The notes beneath the pieces were generated by a model. It made no database searches. It was not told the DNA's origin and saw only the letters and a program-made list of their open reading frames with translations. Shown here one piece after another: positions 10,867 to 21,672 of a DNA stretch of 64,000 nt. A program made the translations under genes and the position numbers. How positions within the stretch are numbered: the stretch's first letter is position 1; each line of letters opens with the position of its first letter. The stretch is from an uncultured Methanosarcinaceae archaeon (GTDB lineage: Archaea > Halobacteriota > Methanosarcinia > Methanosarcinales > Methanosarcinaceae), in the NCBI GenBank assembly GCA_963733675.1, contig CAVTET010000006.1, positions 32,001 to 96,000 of the forward strand, written 5' to 3'.

Positions 10867-12398
10867 ACGAAGAATACGACGAACAAAAGACTCACAAACG
10901 TGATGGATGCTGCAGACCCAGAAAAATCGAAACTGAAGAGCCCAAAAAAGAAAAAAATGAAAATGAAAAATCTGAAGCTTGGGGCTACAAACCCGAAGAA
11001 GTTGAAGCAGAGGAGCTTGAATCTGAGGGACTGGAATCTGTAGTGCCCGAAAACAAAGAGGATGAACACCAGGAAAAAATTACTGTCACAAATAGCATGG
11101 ACCTACAGGGTACACATTTTTGCTATAACCAGGCAACAGAAAAGTCCATAAAGACTTTGGATTACGATTACAAGCGATGCAACGGCTGCGGAATCTGCGT
11201 AGAAGTGTGCCCAACAAAAGCCCTTGAACTCGGACCAGTGCATGAAATTGCAACCGGGCTTGATGCTCCTCCGGTGATTATGGACCTAGAGAAGTGCACC
11301 TTTTGCAGGATGTGCGCAAATCTCTGCCCCGTGCATGCCATCACCTTTGATGCTGTAGGAGAGGTTCCGGATGAGAAACAATATCCAAAGTACGATGCAT
11401 ACGTTAATATAAACGAAAAATGCCTTCCATGCGCTCTCTGTGAAGGGGCTTGCCCTCAAAATGCAATCGAAGTCGAGTTTACCTTCCCGAAAAAAGAAGA
11501 AATTGCACCTTTTAAAGAAGGGGCAAAAGGAGAGATAGTAATTGACACTGATAAATGCAATTTCTGCGGAATATGTGCCCGTTTCTGTGACGCTATTATC
11601 ATGCTCGAGCGTGAGCCTACGCCTGAGAACCCTTTGCCTTTCGAACAGATTCTTGTGGATGAGGATAAATGCGACTACTGTGTACTCTGCCAGGAAATCT
11701 GTCCGGAAGAAGCAATAAAAGTCAAAGGGGAGCGTTCCGTTGAGGCCCCTAAAGTTGAAGGAAAAATTAAGGTGGACAAAGCTAAGTGTACACAATGTGG
11801 TCGGTGCAAGGTTGTCTGCCCTTATGATGCAGTAGAGCTGCAAAAACCTATGGAAGGGACACTGAACCTTATATCTGTTAACTTGGATGAATGTGACCCC
11901 CAGGGTTGTCATGGCTGCTTTAATGTCTGCCCCTCTAAACTCTGGTACGTGCCAAAGGACCCCGAAGATCTGCGAAAAATTGCTTTTGTTGAAGATTTCT
12001 GTACTTACTGTGGAGCTTGTGTAAAAGCCTGCCATCTGGCTGCTATCAAAGTGGACAGATCCGATGTTCACCACACAGATATTGCGGATACCCCCTGGGC
12101 TACCCAGTGGAGAGACGCAATTGAGTCCCTTAAAACAGGAGTTAGAAAAGGAGTTGATAGATCAGTATTCCGGAAAATCGATATACTTAAAGGCCAGAAG
12201 TTTATGGGTATAGAATACCCAAGCATTAACGAAGAGATACTTGCAGCCGTGCAGGCAAAAATAGATGCCTTAATACCAGCTCTTAAAAGTGCAAAGGTCA
12301 GAAAACTCTGGGAAACTGAATCCCCTAAAAACGTAGCTGCAGCCGTAAAAAAGAAACTAGAAGGCAGAAAACAAAAAGATTCGAAAATAAAAGTTTGA
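10863..12398 (+). CDS. Polyferredoxin (multiple 4Fe-4S), coupled to hdrA
   Basis: About ten CxxCxxCxxxCP-type motifs; GTGA overlap with the hdrA stop. Confidence 0.93.
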   Translation: MNEEYDEQKTHKRDGCCRPRKIETEEPKKEKNENEKSEAWGYKPEEVEAEELESEGLESVVPENKEDEHQEKITVTNSMDLQGTHFCYNQATEKSIKTLDYDYKRCNGCGICVEVCPTKALELGPVHEIATGLDAPPVIMDLEKCTFCRMCANLCPVHAITFDAVGEVPDEKQYPKYDAYVNINEKCLPCALCEGACPQNAIEVEFTFPKKEEIAPFKEGAKGEIVIDTDKCNFCGICARFCDAIIMLEREPTPENPLPFEQILVDEDKCDYCVLCQEICPEEAIKVKGERSVEAPKVEGKIKVDKAKCTQCGRCKVVCPYDAVELQKPMEGTLNLISVNLDECDPQGCHGCFNVCPSKLWYVPKDPEDLRKIAFVEDFCTYCGACVKACHLAAIKVDRSDVHHTDIADTPWATQWRDAIESLKTGVRKGVDRSVFRKIDILKGQKFMGIEYPSINEEILAAVQAKIDALIPALKSAKVRKLWETESPKNVAAAVKKKLEGRKQKDSKIKV

Positions 12399-12439
12399 AG
12401 TACAGAAGCTGAAGATAAAAAAGGGATAATGCAAAATAG

Positions 12440-12589
12440 GGTTCCGTTGCAAAAAATCTGGCTTTCTTGCAAAATCCGAAAAAACCTTCACAATTAGGAA
12501 AGTTAATCATTTTCTTTCTAATGAAAATGATACATAAAGGTGAAAATTATAATATCAAAATGCAGAAATATTATTTTTGCAACGGAACC
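12440..12589. mobile_element. IS6-related MITE, type A copy 3
   Basis: Same TIRs and same 150-bp body as copy 2, with a few substitutions. Confidence 0.92.
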
Positions 12590-12761
12590 GGTTTAATTCA
12601 CCCTGCTCTAATTTAAGTTGATATTTTATTCCAGCAAGCTGTGGATCATTTTTACGCCGACTTTTATCTTTTTCAATCTGTATTTGTTCAGGCTCCTCTA
12701 CTCCAAGCTCCTGAGATCTAAGACTTTCACCTATTTCTAATATACGTTCTACCATACGCAT
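12590..12761 (-). pseudogene. 5' fragment of an unidentified gene, cut off by MITE A3
   Basis: Coding-like ORF MRMVERILEIGESL... runs directly into the MITE end and stops inside it. Confidence 0.45.
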
Positions 12762-13174
12762 TTTTTATTTAAGTTACTATTTTTTGCATCTAGTTTCACT
12801 TTTCATGCAGCGGTTTTTAAGCTTTGTTTTCTTGTAATCTATTTTGCTAACAAAAAATATATTAACGTAGTACCAATGGAAGCATTAAAATTACGACGAA
12901 AATAGAAAAAATTAAAATGGAAAGGTAATTATTATCAAGATGGTCTTAATTTAATTGAAAATAGATTGTTGCACATTCATAAATAAGTTAATTTGACTAT
13001 TTCAATTTAAAATTTCTTCCACATTTTCAGGTATTCTATATGCTAAAAACGCTTGAGCATAGAAATTAGTAAATTTTCTTCAAATGCAATAAATGTACTC
13101 TTTTTGGGATTTATCTATAACTTGTGGACACGAAAAAATGATATATAAATTTAGAATAAAAGTGGAAAAAAGTT

Positions 13175-14014
13175 TCAATCTCCCCTGAGTTCTTTTGAGC
13201 GTTTATTTTCCCTCATTTCTTTTGAGCGTTCACTTGCCCTTATTACTGCGCTCATAAATGCAGCCCTGATTCCGGCTTCTTCAAGAGAATGAATGCCTTG
13301 AATCGTAGTTCCGCCAGGAGAAGTGACCATATCCTTGAGTTCTCCTGGATGTAGACCTGTTTCAAGAACCATTTTTGCAGCTCCAAGCACAGTCTGTGCT
13401 GCCAGTGTCTGGGCACTTTTTCTATCCATTCCTTCCAGAACAGCTCCATCGGCCATTGCCTCGATAACAGGAAAAATGAATGCTGGCCCGCTTCCTGAAA
13501 GGCCAGTAACAGTATCCATTAGAGATTCCGGCACCTGGACTGCTGTACCAACTGCCGAAAATATCTCGAGAGTAATCTTCAGGTCTGCAGGAGTGGCATT
13601 CTTGCCAAGAGCAATTCCTGAAGCAGCTTCCAAAACTGTGGCTGCAATATTCGGCATTACACGTATAATCCTGGTGCCTTTGAGGAGGGCATGCTCATAA
13701 GTGAAAAGAGGCACTCCTGCAGCAATCGAAATCACGAGTTTGTCGGAAGTTATGTAATCCCTTAAATCTGCAAGCACTGATTCGAGTTTATCGGGTTTCA
13801 CTGCAAGAATAAGAATATCCGATTTCTGAACAATAATAACATTGTCCATCGATACCATTATACCCATCTCTGCTTGCAGATCTCTCAGAAAAGGCTCATA
13901 TACATCACTTGCACCAATATTTTCATTTTTTACGATTTCGGCTTTAATAATGCCCTTAATAAGAGCAGATCCCATTTTTCCTGCTCCTATAAATCCTATA
14001 TTTCGGTTTTCCAT
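13175..14014 (-). CDS. proC: Pyrroline-5-carboxylate reductase
   Basis: GFIGAGKMG, LAVKP, RVMPN, GLSGSGPAF and VTSPGGTT motifs. Confidence 0.97.
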   Translation of the reverse strand: MENRNIGFIGAGKMGSALIKGIIKAEIVKNENIGASDVYEPFLRDLQAEMGIMVSMDNVIIVQKSDILILAVKPDKLESVLADLRDYITSDKLVISIAAGVPLFTYEHALLKGTRIIRVMPNIAATVLEAASGIALGKNATPADLKITLEIFSAVGTAVQVPESLMDTVTGLSGSGPAFIFPVIEAMADGAVLEGMDRKSAQTLAAQTVLGAAKMVLETGLHPGELKDMVTSPGGTTIQGIHSLEEAGIRAAFMSAVIRASERSKEMRENKRSKELRGD

Positions 14015-14164
14015 AAATTATCCTCCTCATTTCCAACGATAAATATGATATAGACAGATACTGTCTATATTAATTGTAAAATAATTTCACAGAACATCAT
14101 AGGATCGAGATAAGATTCCAGATGATAAGAAATTTATCTAAACTTTTCAAGCCTATATATGGCT

Positions 14165-15322
14165 TTAATTTAATTCTTCCAATATGCCAATATTTTCTTT
14201 TTTTATTACATTATCATAATTTTTATAGCCTAAGATACTTTCAATTTTGTTTGTATGGGCGCCTTTTATTTTAATAAGTTCTTGAGAGGTGTAATCTGTT
14301 ATTCCCTTTGAAAAAACCCTGCCACCACATTCTATTTTTACTATGTCGCCCCTGTCAAAAATTCCCTCAACCTCTACAACACCTGCTGGAAGAAGGCTTC
14401 TTTTTCCTAGAATCGCAGCCTTTGCACCTGCATCTACATGAATAGTGCCTGAAGCCCTTGAAAGAATGATCCAACGGGAGCGATTTTTCGGTATACACCT
14501 CTCTGCGAGGAAGAAGGTTCCGATATCTTCCCCTGAAATAGCATTCAAAACTACATTCTCAATTTCACTGTTCGCAATTAGCATGTAACAACCTGCCATG
14601 TTACATATCTTTGCAGCTTGTATCTTGGTTTTCATTCCGCCTACACCCTTGAAGCTTGTAGAGTCACCCCCATAACTCTCTATTTCAGGTGTGATCTTTT
14701 CCACAAGTGACAGAAGTCTGGCATTGTTATTCGTCTTGGGGTTCCTGTCAAACAGACCGTCGATGTCCGACAGAATGATCAGGAGATCAGCATCTATTTT
14801 GCTTGCAACCATTGCAGAAAGTTTGTCATTGTCCCCAAATATTGCTTCAATCTCATTTGTGCATATACAGTCGTTTTCATTTATTATTGGAATGACCCCA
14901 TACTCCAGAAGGGTAGATATACTGTTCCTCAAGTTGAGGTAAGATACTCTATCCGAATAGAATTCATAAGTAAGAAGGATCTGAGCGACTTTCAGATCAT
15001 GTTTCAAAAAAGCTTCGCTCCAGTACTGCATCAGAATACTCTGCCCAACAGCTGCCGCTGCCTGCCTGATAGGTATTTCACGAGGCTTGGGAGCAATACC
15101 TAGTTCTTGAAGTCCTACGGTTATTGCTCCTGAACTTACTATAATTATTTCCTTCCCCTGCTTTCGAAGCTCGAAAACCTGGGCTACAATACTTTCCATA
15201 AATATGGGATCAATACTACAATTTTCCTTTGTATCGGCACAATTTTTTTTTGTAATAGAGGAAGTACCTATTTTGATGACGATTTTATTCACATCATTAA
15301 GAAATTGTTTTCTATCTGCCAC
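14165..15322 (-). CDS. proB: Glutamate 5-kinase with PUA domain
   Basis: IVIKIGTSS, VSSGA, PIINEND, FGDNDKLSA and GGMKTKIQAA motifs. Confidence 0.97.
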   Translation of the reverse strand: MADRKQFLNDVNKIVIKIGTSSITKKNCADTKENCSIDPIFMESIVAQVFELRKQGKEIIIVSSGAITVGLQELGIAPKPREIPIRQAAAAVGQSILMQYWSEAFLKHDLKVAQILLTYEFYSDRVSYLNLRNSISTLLEYGVIPIINENDCICTNEIEAIFGDNDKLSAMVASKIDADLLIILSDIDGLFDRNPKTNNNARLLSLVEKITPEIESYGGDSTSFKGVGGMKTKIQAAKICNMAGCYMLIANSEIENVVLNAISGEDIGTFFLAERCIPKNRSRWIILSRASGTIHVDAGAKAAILGKRSLLPAGVVEVEGIFDRGDIVKIECGGRVFSKGITDYTSQELIKIKGAHTNKIESILGYKNYDNVIKKENIGILEELN

Positions 15323-15462
15323 TCATAAAGCCTCATAGGGTATTTTGAAAATACGGCTGAGATAAATTTTTAACCGCAATCTAAGTTTATATTACTTTTA
15401 ACAAATTTCAATTAAGTTTTCAATTAAGATATTATACTCTCATTGCAAATATTAAAGGACTT

Positions 15463-16806
15463 TCAATTAACATCTCTAAATTTAATGTCAAGTTTTCGAT
15501 GGGTATAGGCCTGTGCATTATTACCTACATAATTCGCAACGATGTGCCCCTTTCCCAAAAGTATATATTTATATATCAGCAGTCCTTCCATCCCCACAGG
15601 TCCGCGGGAATGGATCTTGTTTGTACTGATTCCGACTTCAGCTCCTTTCCCGTAACGATAGCCGTCTGCAAAACGAGTTGAGGCATTTACCATAACACTT
15701 GAAGAGTCAACAAGTCCTATGAACTCTTTTCTACTTGAGGCATTTTCAGTTATTATTCCATCAGTGTGATGGGAACCGAATTTGTTTATGTGATCAATGG
15801 CTTCTTTTATGGAATCAACGAGTTTTATCGAAAGGATTAGATCATTGTACTCTAGACTCCAGTCCTCTTCAGTTGCCTTTTCAAGCGGAGAAAGCCCTCT
15901 ACTTGCAAGTAGAGTGTAACTTTCATTATCACAGCGCAGTTCAACACCTGCCTCAAGATATATTTTTGCCATTTTAAGTAAAAATGCATCTGCAATCCTA
16001 CGGTTTACCAGGAGAGTTTCGATGGCATTGCATGCAGCAGGGTATTGCAATTTGGCGTCAAAGCATACCTTAAAAGCCGTATCGAGATTCGCATATTCAT
16101 CCACATATATGTGGCATACTCCGCTAGTGTGTCCAAGTACAGGTATTTTTGTATTGTTCTGTATAAACTTAACAAACTCATTGGAACCTCTTGGGATAAG
16201 GAGGTCAATATAGGTATCAAGATTCAAAAGGTCCATCACTTCTTCTCTAGTTTCCATGAGCTGGAAAGCACCTTCTGGCATACCACTAGTAGATTCGATA
16301 GCGTTTAAAAGAATTTTGAAAATAGTGCGATTTGACTCTCCTGCTTCGCTTCCACCTTTAAAAATCGTTGCATTCCCACTCTTCAAGCAAAGCGACATTA
16401 CCTGAGGTACTACATCAGGTCTAGATTCAAAGATAACTCCTATCAAACCTATGGGGCAACTTACTTGGTAGAGATTTAGATCCCTGTCAAGTTCAATAGT
16501 AGAGATAGTATCTCCTACAGGATCTTTGAGCTTTATGACGTCTCTTATCCCTGCTATCATTTCATCAATCTTCGAGTTATTTACTTTGAGTCTGTCTACA
16601 AGGGCCTGAGTAAGCTTCCCTTTATTTTTCAGCTCCCTTGCATATTTAAGATCCTTTGAATTTGCGTCTAGAATAGCCTGTCTCTCTTTATCGATGGCTT
16701 CAGCCATAGACTCTAAAGCTATATTTTTGATCCTCTCGCTTAAATTGGCAAGTTCGATTGACGCTTTTTTTGCAATTACTACTTTGTTTATAATATCTTT
16801 AGCCAT
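15463..16806 (-). CDS. proA: Gamma-glutamyl phosphate reductase
   Basis: IGVIFESRP, IPRGS, ACNAIETLLV, NASTRFADG and HSRGPVG motifs. Confidence 0.97.
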   Translation of the reverse strand: MAKDIINKVVIAKKASIELANLSERIKNIALESMAEAIDKERQAILDANSKDLKYARELKNKGKLTQALVDRLKVNNSKIDEMIAGIRDVIKLKDPVGDTISTIELDRDLNLYQVSCPIGLIGVIFESRPDVVPQVMSLCLKSGNATIFKGGSEAGESNRTIFKILLNAIESTSGMPEGAFQLMETREEVMDLLNLDTYIDLLIPRGSNEFVKFIQNNTKIPVLGHTSGVCHIYVDEYANLDTAFKVCFDAKLQYPAACNAIETLLVNRRIADAFLLKMAKIYLEAGVELRCDNESYTLLASRGLSPLEKATEEDWSLEYNDLILSIKLVDSIKEAIDHINKFGSHHTDGIITENASSRKEFIGLVDSSSVMVNASTRFADGYRYGKGAEVGISTNKIHSRGPVGMEGLLIYKYILLGKGHIVANYVGNNAQAYTHRKLDIKFRDVN

Positions 16807-16974
16807 ATAATCACCATCTTTATCTGAAAAAGCCTTAGGTCTCAGTTATGTAGCTAGGAAACTGAACTCTTTAAGCGTGTCATTAATTTAAAGAATATTG
16901 GGCGTTATCAGTATCTTGATGCAGAGTTCATATTTTTCGGCAAATTCTATTATATACTCCTTAATTTTCTTTTT

Positions 16975-17570
16975 TGATTACTGTGCCATTAATATACTTG
17001 TTTCCTATTTTCCAGTCTTCAGTTGTATCAATGAGTATTGAGCCTGTTCATCTCAATATTGATCTCTTGTTAGGTGATGCCTCTATAACTCTACTTCTTG
17101 TTTTGAGTTCCTTGTTAGACCTTTCCATCATATTTATTGTTCTTATTTTTTTCCAGTGATTCTTTGGAAACTACATATAATTCATCATATTTTACTGGAA
17201 GCTTTCAAGCGTGTTAACTGCACTTTTATACCCATAATATCAAGTTCCAGAACAAGATCGTACCGTTTCTGATGATCTATCAAATGCTTCCTTCAATTTC
17301 TCAATCACTTATTTTTGCTTCTTTTTTGGCACCGTCTCGAGTACTTGTCTTATTAGATGACGCGATATATCTGAAAGCTTAATCCAAGAAAGATTTTCCG
17401 ATTTCTTTATGTATCACTTTAAGCCCATCAGAAACTATTAACTTTACACCTCTTAAACATCTTTCTTTCAGATCATCAAAAAAACCTTGAAAAAACAAAG
17501 AATATTCAAAGTCTACTAATCTTGCTTCAAGGATTTTACGGTAACCATTATCTTTTATCCAAACAACTGA
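16975..17570 (-). mobile_element. IS256-family transposase remnant (C-terminal half, with stops and frameshifts)
   Basis: Minus-strand pieces GYRKILEA..DLKERCLRGVKLIVSDG and HWKKIRTINMMERSNKELKTRSRVIEA..RSILR match the IS256 DDE domain. Confidence 0.85.
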
Positions 17571-17639
17571 GGATGGCCAAGCCCCTGCGCTGGATATCAA
17601 AAAAGTTATACAAAGTCAAATATATTCATTTGTTTAGAT

Positions 17640-18150
17640 TCTTCTTTTTTCCTGGTCCCTTGAATTCCAAAATAGCTTTTAATTACATAGGAAGTTGTAC
17701 AATAATTCATAGTTCAATGTTACCTATATCTATCCAAAATTTATAATTCCCTAATTATGTTTTACTCTCATACTATTTTTAAAGATTGTTCATGCTTTGA
17801 TACTTTTTATAATCCGCAGCAATCCTTAAGGGAGTGTTTTGTCTCAGCACCAACAAAAAATATACGTTCTCTCGATCATTACTGATTGCATCAAACTCAA
17901 AAAATATATTTTCCCAATTTGAAGGAATATATTTTTGAATTGTTGATGATGTAATTGTCTAAATAAAAATCTTTTAGATATTTCTCACAAAAAAGGTGTT
18001 AATCCGTTTTATTGACATAAATTTTTGCATTACTTACTTCTATTTTATAGTGAAAATGTAGATTAAAATATAAATAAGTTAGTTAATAAAGGTTATCAGA
18101 GAAGTTTCCGCCCCCGTAACAAGCTGAGGGGTATTCGAATGGAATAAAAT
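17640..18150 (-). mobile_element. Degraded IS200/IS605 TnpA (HUH) remnant with terminal palindrome at about 18108-18148
   Basis: Minus-strand fragments FEFDAISNDRENVYFFVGAE..IIKSIKA resemble the TnpA D-H-V-H region. Hairpin CCCC..AAGCTGAGGGGTATTCG..GAATAA lies upstream. Confidence 0.6.
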
Positions 18151-18370
18151 TATTTAAAAATTCTAAAGTATTTAAGGGTAAGTACAGGACGAATTTGACA
18201 GTGTAGCCAAAGTTCTATCAAAAATGAATGACTCGTTATCCTTTTCTTTCACTGCAAAAAGTATGATGCAAATCCAATAGCTTTACTGACAAAGTTTTTG
18301 TTTCCATTGTTTTCATTGATGTATAGGTTTATAAAGTAAAACTATGCATCTTGTATTAGTTGATGTTTGT

Positions 18371-19132
18371 TTATTTTTCTATTACTGTGAACCTCATAGT
18401 GAATTTCATACCATTGTCCCTTTTTAAGACAAATTCCCCATCTAATTGATCTACTAGGGAAGCTATTAGCTGAAATCCAAGACTATTAAGACTTTCAATT
18501 TCAAAGTTCTCAGGAATGCCAACGCCGTTGTCTGATACGTCCACGGTAAAACTTGTGCTCTTAAAGCGATCTTTTTTGTGCCCTTCTCTACGAAGTTTGA
18601 TTTGAATTTCCCCCTTAGCTCTACCGGAAAATGCATGTTTGAGAGAGTTGGAAAATAGTTCATTAATAATCATTCCCAATGGGACTGCAGTATTCATATC
18701 AAAGAAAAAGTTTTCTTCCAGATCCATATTTAAACTGATATCGGTATTTCCAAGTCTGTATGTCATAAAAATATTCTCAACGAGTTTCCCAAGGTATGAT
18801 GAGAAACCAACTGTATCGCCTCCATTCCCTTCATGCAGTTCCTCATGAATAAGAGCCATAGATATTACTCTGTGCTGGATTTCCCTGAAGGCATCTAGGA
18901 CTTCTGAGTCCATTATATTCTTTCGGTCTTTGAACTTTTCAGCCTGAAGGTCAAGAAGGGAAGAGATAACCTGAAGATTATTCTTGATCCTATGATGAAT
19001 TTCCTTTCTCCGGACATTTTCAATATTTGTTAGAGATTTTCCTGCCTTTCTAGTCTTCGTAATATCCTGAACTGTTGCTCCCATTTGAATAGGGATATTT
19101 TTTTTCATTAAAAATAACTTCACTTTGCTCAT
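18371..19132 (-). CDS. Sensor histidine kinase (HisKA_2 + HATPase_c), probably truncated, with an eroded PAS remnant upstream
   Basis: EIHHRIKNNLQVISSLL, NELFSNSLKHAF and DNGVGIP motifs. PAS-like residues at about 19140-19200 are not in frame. Confidence 0.85.
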   Translation of the reverse strand: MSKVKLFLMKKNIPIQMGATVQDITKTRKAGKSLTNIENVRRKEIHHRIKNNLQVISSLLDLQAEKFKDRKNIMDSEVLDAFREIQHRVISMALIHEELHEGNGGDTVGFSSYLGKLVENIFMTYRLGNTDISLNMDLEENFFFDMNTAVPLGMIINELFSNSLKHAFSGRAKGEIQIKLRREGHKKDRFKSTSFTVDVSDNGVGIPENFEIESLNSLGFQLIASLVDQLDGEFVLKRDNGMKFTMRFTVIEK

Positions 19133-19409
19133 TGACTAAACATTCTCCCCATTGGCTAAAATAATCCTATAATCCATGTTATATTGCATTTTTTTTAAAG
19201 TTATTTTAATTGCATTTCTCGAATATATACTGAGATAATTTTATGGAATAGGTCGTTGCTATGTAGTAACAGATGAAAACATAAACTAGAGTAGGGTCTT
19301 AATATATATAATATTTTTAGCGTATAACATTATTCTATCTTCTGATTTTTTTACTCAATAGATTATTGAGTAGAGAAATCTCACATCTAAAGAAACCAGT
19401 AAGGTAGGT

Positions 19410-20185
19410 AGGTAAAGCACCAGCCTTTCCACAACTACACATTGAGACAGTCGATTCATGAAGGTTTCATCTTGGACATGCTCAGCTATTACACGCCTTA
19501 AAAAGCTACTAGAAACTGATTAAGACAATCGAAAATCATCCGGAATTCGGCATCAAAGAGCGAAGAAGAAACTTACAAGTATGCCGAAAGCCACGATTAT
19601 GCTATCCAGCTTAAGGCCGAGATCATGATAGTTCACTTCCACGAACAAGTGATCGCACTTAGAAAAATTTAGGATCAGGAACGGACAATGATAGTTACGG
19701 ACAGGGACGAATGCACCATTCAGTATTATCACTCTATCCGCAACTATCTCATCGAGGAGAAGTCCCTATCAGGCAATTGTCACCTTTTCGGAAGAGCACG
19801 AATACTGCGGAGTGAAAGTCACCGAAGCTTCGCCAATGGCTTCCCGTCAAGTAAGATTGAAGATCAGATCAAAGAAAACCCATAAGGTTCCTTATCTGTA
19901 CCGATAGATTCCAGACCTGTTATGATGAACTGCTTCTGACACGATGTACGCAGATAAGGTACTGTCTGACATTAAAGCTTTCCAGACATTCTCGCGGTTG
20001 AATCGGGCACATCCACAGAAGCACGAGGTTTTTGTACTTGACTTCATGAACGATACAGATACCATTCAGGTTACTTTTTCTGATTATTACCGTACTACAA
20101 TCCTGAGTGAGGAAAACGATCCTAATAAACTTCATTATCTGAAATCAGACCTCGATAGTTATCAGGTATTCCCCGGAAGATATAG
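19410..20185 (+). pseudogene. hsdR: Type I restriction enzyme R subunit, internal fragment with many stops and frameshifts
   Basis: PFHNYTLRQSIHEGFILD, IQLKAEIMIVHFHEQV and FQTFSRLNRAHPQKHEVFVLDF..DPNKLH. Locally higher GC than the flanks. Confidence 0.85.
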
Positions 20186-20756
20186 AGCAATTAATTTACC
20201 TCTATCTATCGTGTGCTTAAGGTTAAGAACATGATTTAATATCAATGGAAATCCATGCGTCTAAAAAGGCAAACTCAGAATACAGATATTTATGAAATCG
20301 TGGATTAAAGGATGGGTTTATCATGATAAATAAGACTGGGGGAAGGCTAGCGATCATTGATTGGCTTTTAAACCAAGAGAATGAAAATATGTTTAAAGAA
20401 AAATTACCTATAAATAGAAGAATTAGATGAGCTTGAAGATGCTTTTGACAATTCATTAATACAAGAACAAGAAGTTATTACAAAACCTAACGTTTCCTCA
20501 AGGAAATGATATTTGATATCTCTAATGTTACTGGAAAAACACCAACTTGAAACTAAAAATTAATAAGTTAAATGAATAATATGCAGAACATAATGGTGTA
20601 CAAAAAAAAATCTGGAAATGATTGAATGCGGACAGAGGTCAAGATAAGAATTTTTGGATAGGAGCATGTAATTAAGGAGTTGAACTTATTAATAAAGTAA
20701 AAGAGCAAAAACTCGATGTTCAATTAATTCAGAAAAACGAAGAAAATATAGAGACA

Positions 20757-21173
20757 ATGCTTAAAATCGATTATGAAGCTTTCAATGAGAATTTGCTCAG
20801 TAACTGGTCGTTAGTACCTTATATTAGATATGGACAGGTTTTCGGTCTCTTTGCTCGCAATACCCTGAAAGGTTTTGCTATATTTGTGAGAGCCTGGGAA
20901 AATCCAAAACTTGCTTATCTAGTGGAGATAGCAATAGAGAGAGAAAGTCAAGGAAAAGGATATGGATATTATCTCTTATTACAATCACTACTTCATCTAA
21001 AAAAGAACGAATTATCTATTGTTGTTTTAACAGTTGACCCAAACAATTCACGGGCTCAGCATATTTATTGTGATAAATTTGGATTTGAATTTGTAGAATA
21101 TCGAGAGAATGAATATGGGCAAGGACATGACAGAATGTTCCTAAGATTAGACTTGGAGAATTGGGCCCATTAG
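20757..21173 (+). CDS. GNAT-family acetyltransferase
   Basis: QGKGYG acetyl-CoA motif and LTVDPNNSRAQHIY..FGF. The true start may lie further upstream. Confidence 0.88.
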   Translation: MLKIDYEAFNENLLSNWSLVPYIRYGQVFGLFARNTLKGFAIFVRAWENPKLAYLVEIAIERESQGKGYGYYLLLQSLLHLKKNELSIVVLTVDPNNSRAQHIYCDKFGFEFVEYRENEYGQGHDRMFLRLDLENWAH

Positions 21174-21446
21174 CCCTCATTTTGGCATCGGTTAACGAAT
21201 TTATGCATAACTTCGAATACCATATATATCGATTTTTCGACTTTGATGTTGGATATTTAGCTTAAATAGTAACACTTTTTAGATTTCTGCGCCTCAACCA
21301 AATACAAATGAATTACTTTCAACCCTAAAACTTGATTATTATTCAAAATACGAAATTCAAAAAAGAGAATTTTGAGTTTTGGGATAAGCTTATCAAGTAT
21401 TAAATAGGACAAAATAGAAAAAAATTACTTTGAACAAAAGTTTAGA

Positions 21447-21557
21447 TGCCCGGAGCGTGACTCGAACACGCGACCTCCAGATATCTCAGGAGATTAAAGA
21501 CGCCTTATCTAAAAGTCCCTATGAGTCTGGCGCCCCAACCGACTAGGCTATCCGGGC
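21447..21557 (-). tRNA. tRNA-Met(CAT), elongator type, with a 37-nt intron at position 37/38
   Basis: GCCCGGA/TCCGGGC acceptor stem; CCAGA-CTCATA[GGGAC...CTGAGAT]A-TCTGG; the CTCA/TGAG central helix forms a bulge-helix-bulge. Confidence 0.92.
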
Positions 21558-21636
21558 CTTCAATCAACACACAAATGTACGAAGCTATATTAAAGGATAG
21601 CGATTGGAGGAGTAAAACGAGATTTTTATTAAATCG

Positions 21637-21672
21637 TTATTCAAGGCGAATACCCCGCAGCTTTCTGAGGAG
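21637..21672. repeat. Solo IS200/IS605-type terminal palindrome
   Basis: Its reverse complement shares AAGCTGnGGGGTATTCG...GAATAA with 18111-18147. Confidence 0.55.

Noticed and set aside
11286-12074. 262-aa antisense ORF within the polyferredoxin gene, and similar shadow ORFs over proC, the thermosome, the ALDH and the protease
   Set aside because: They overlap well-supported genes and have no motifs of their own.
21447-21557. Intron in tRNA-Met as a novelty
   Set aside because: A canonical 37/38 bulge-helix-bulge intron is common in euryarchaeal elongator tRNA-Met.
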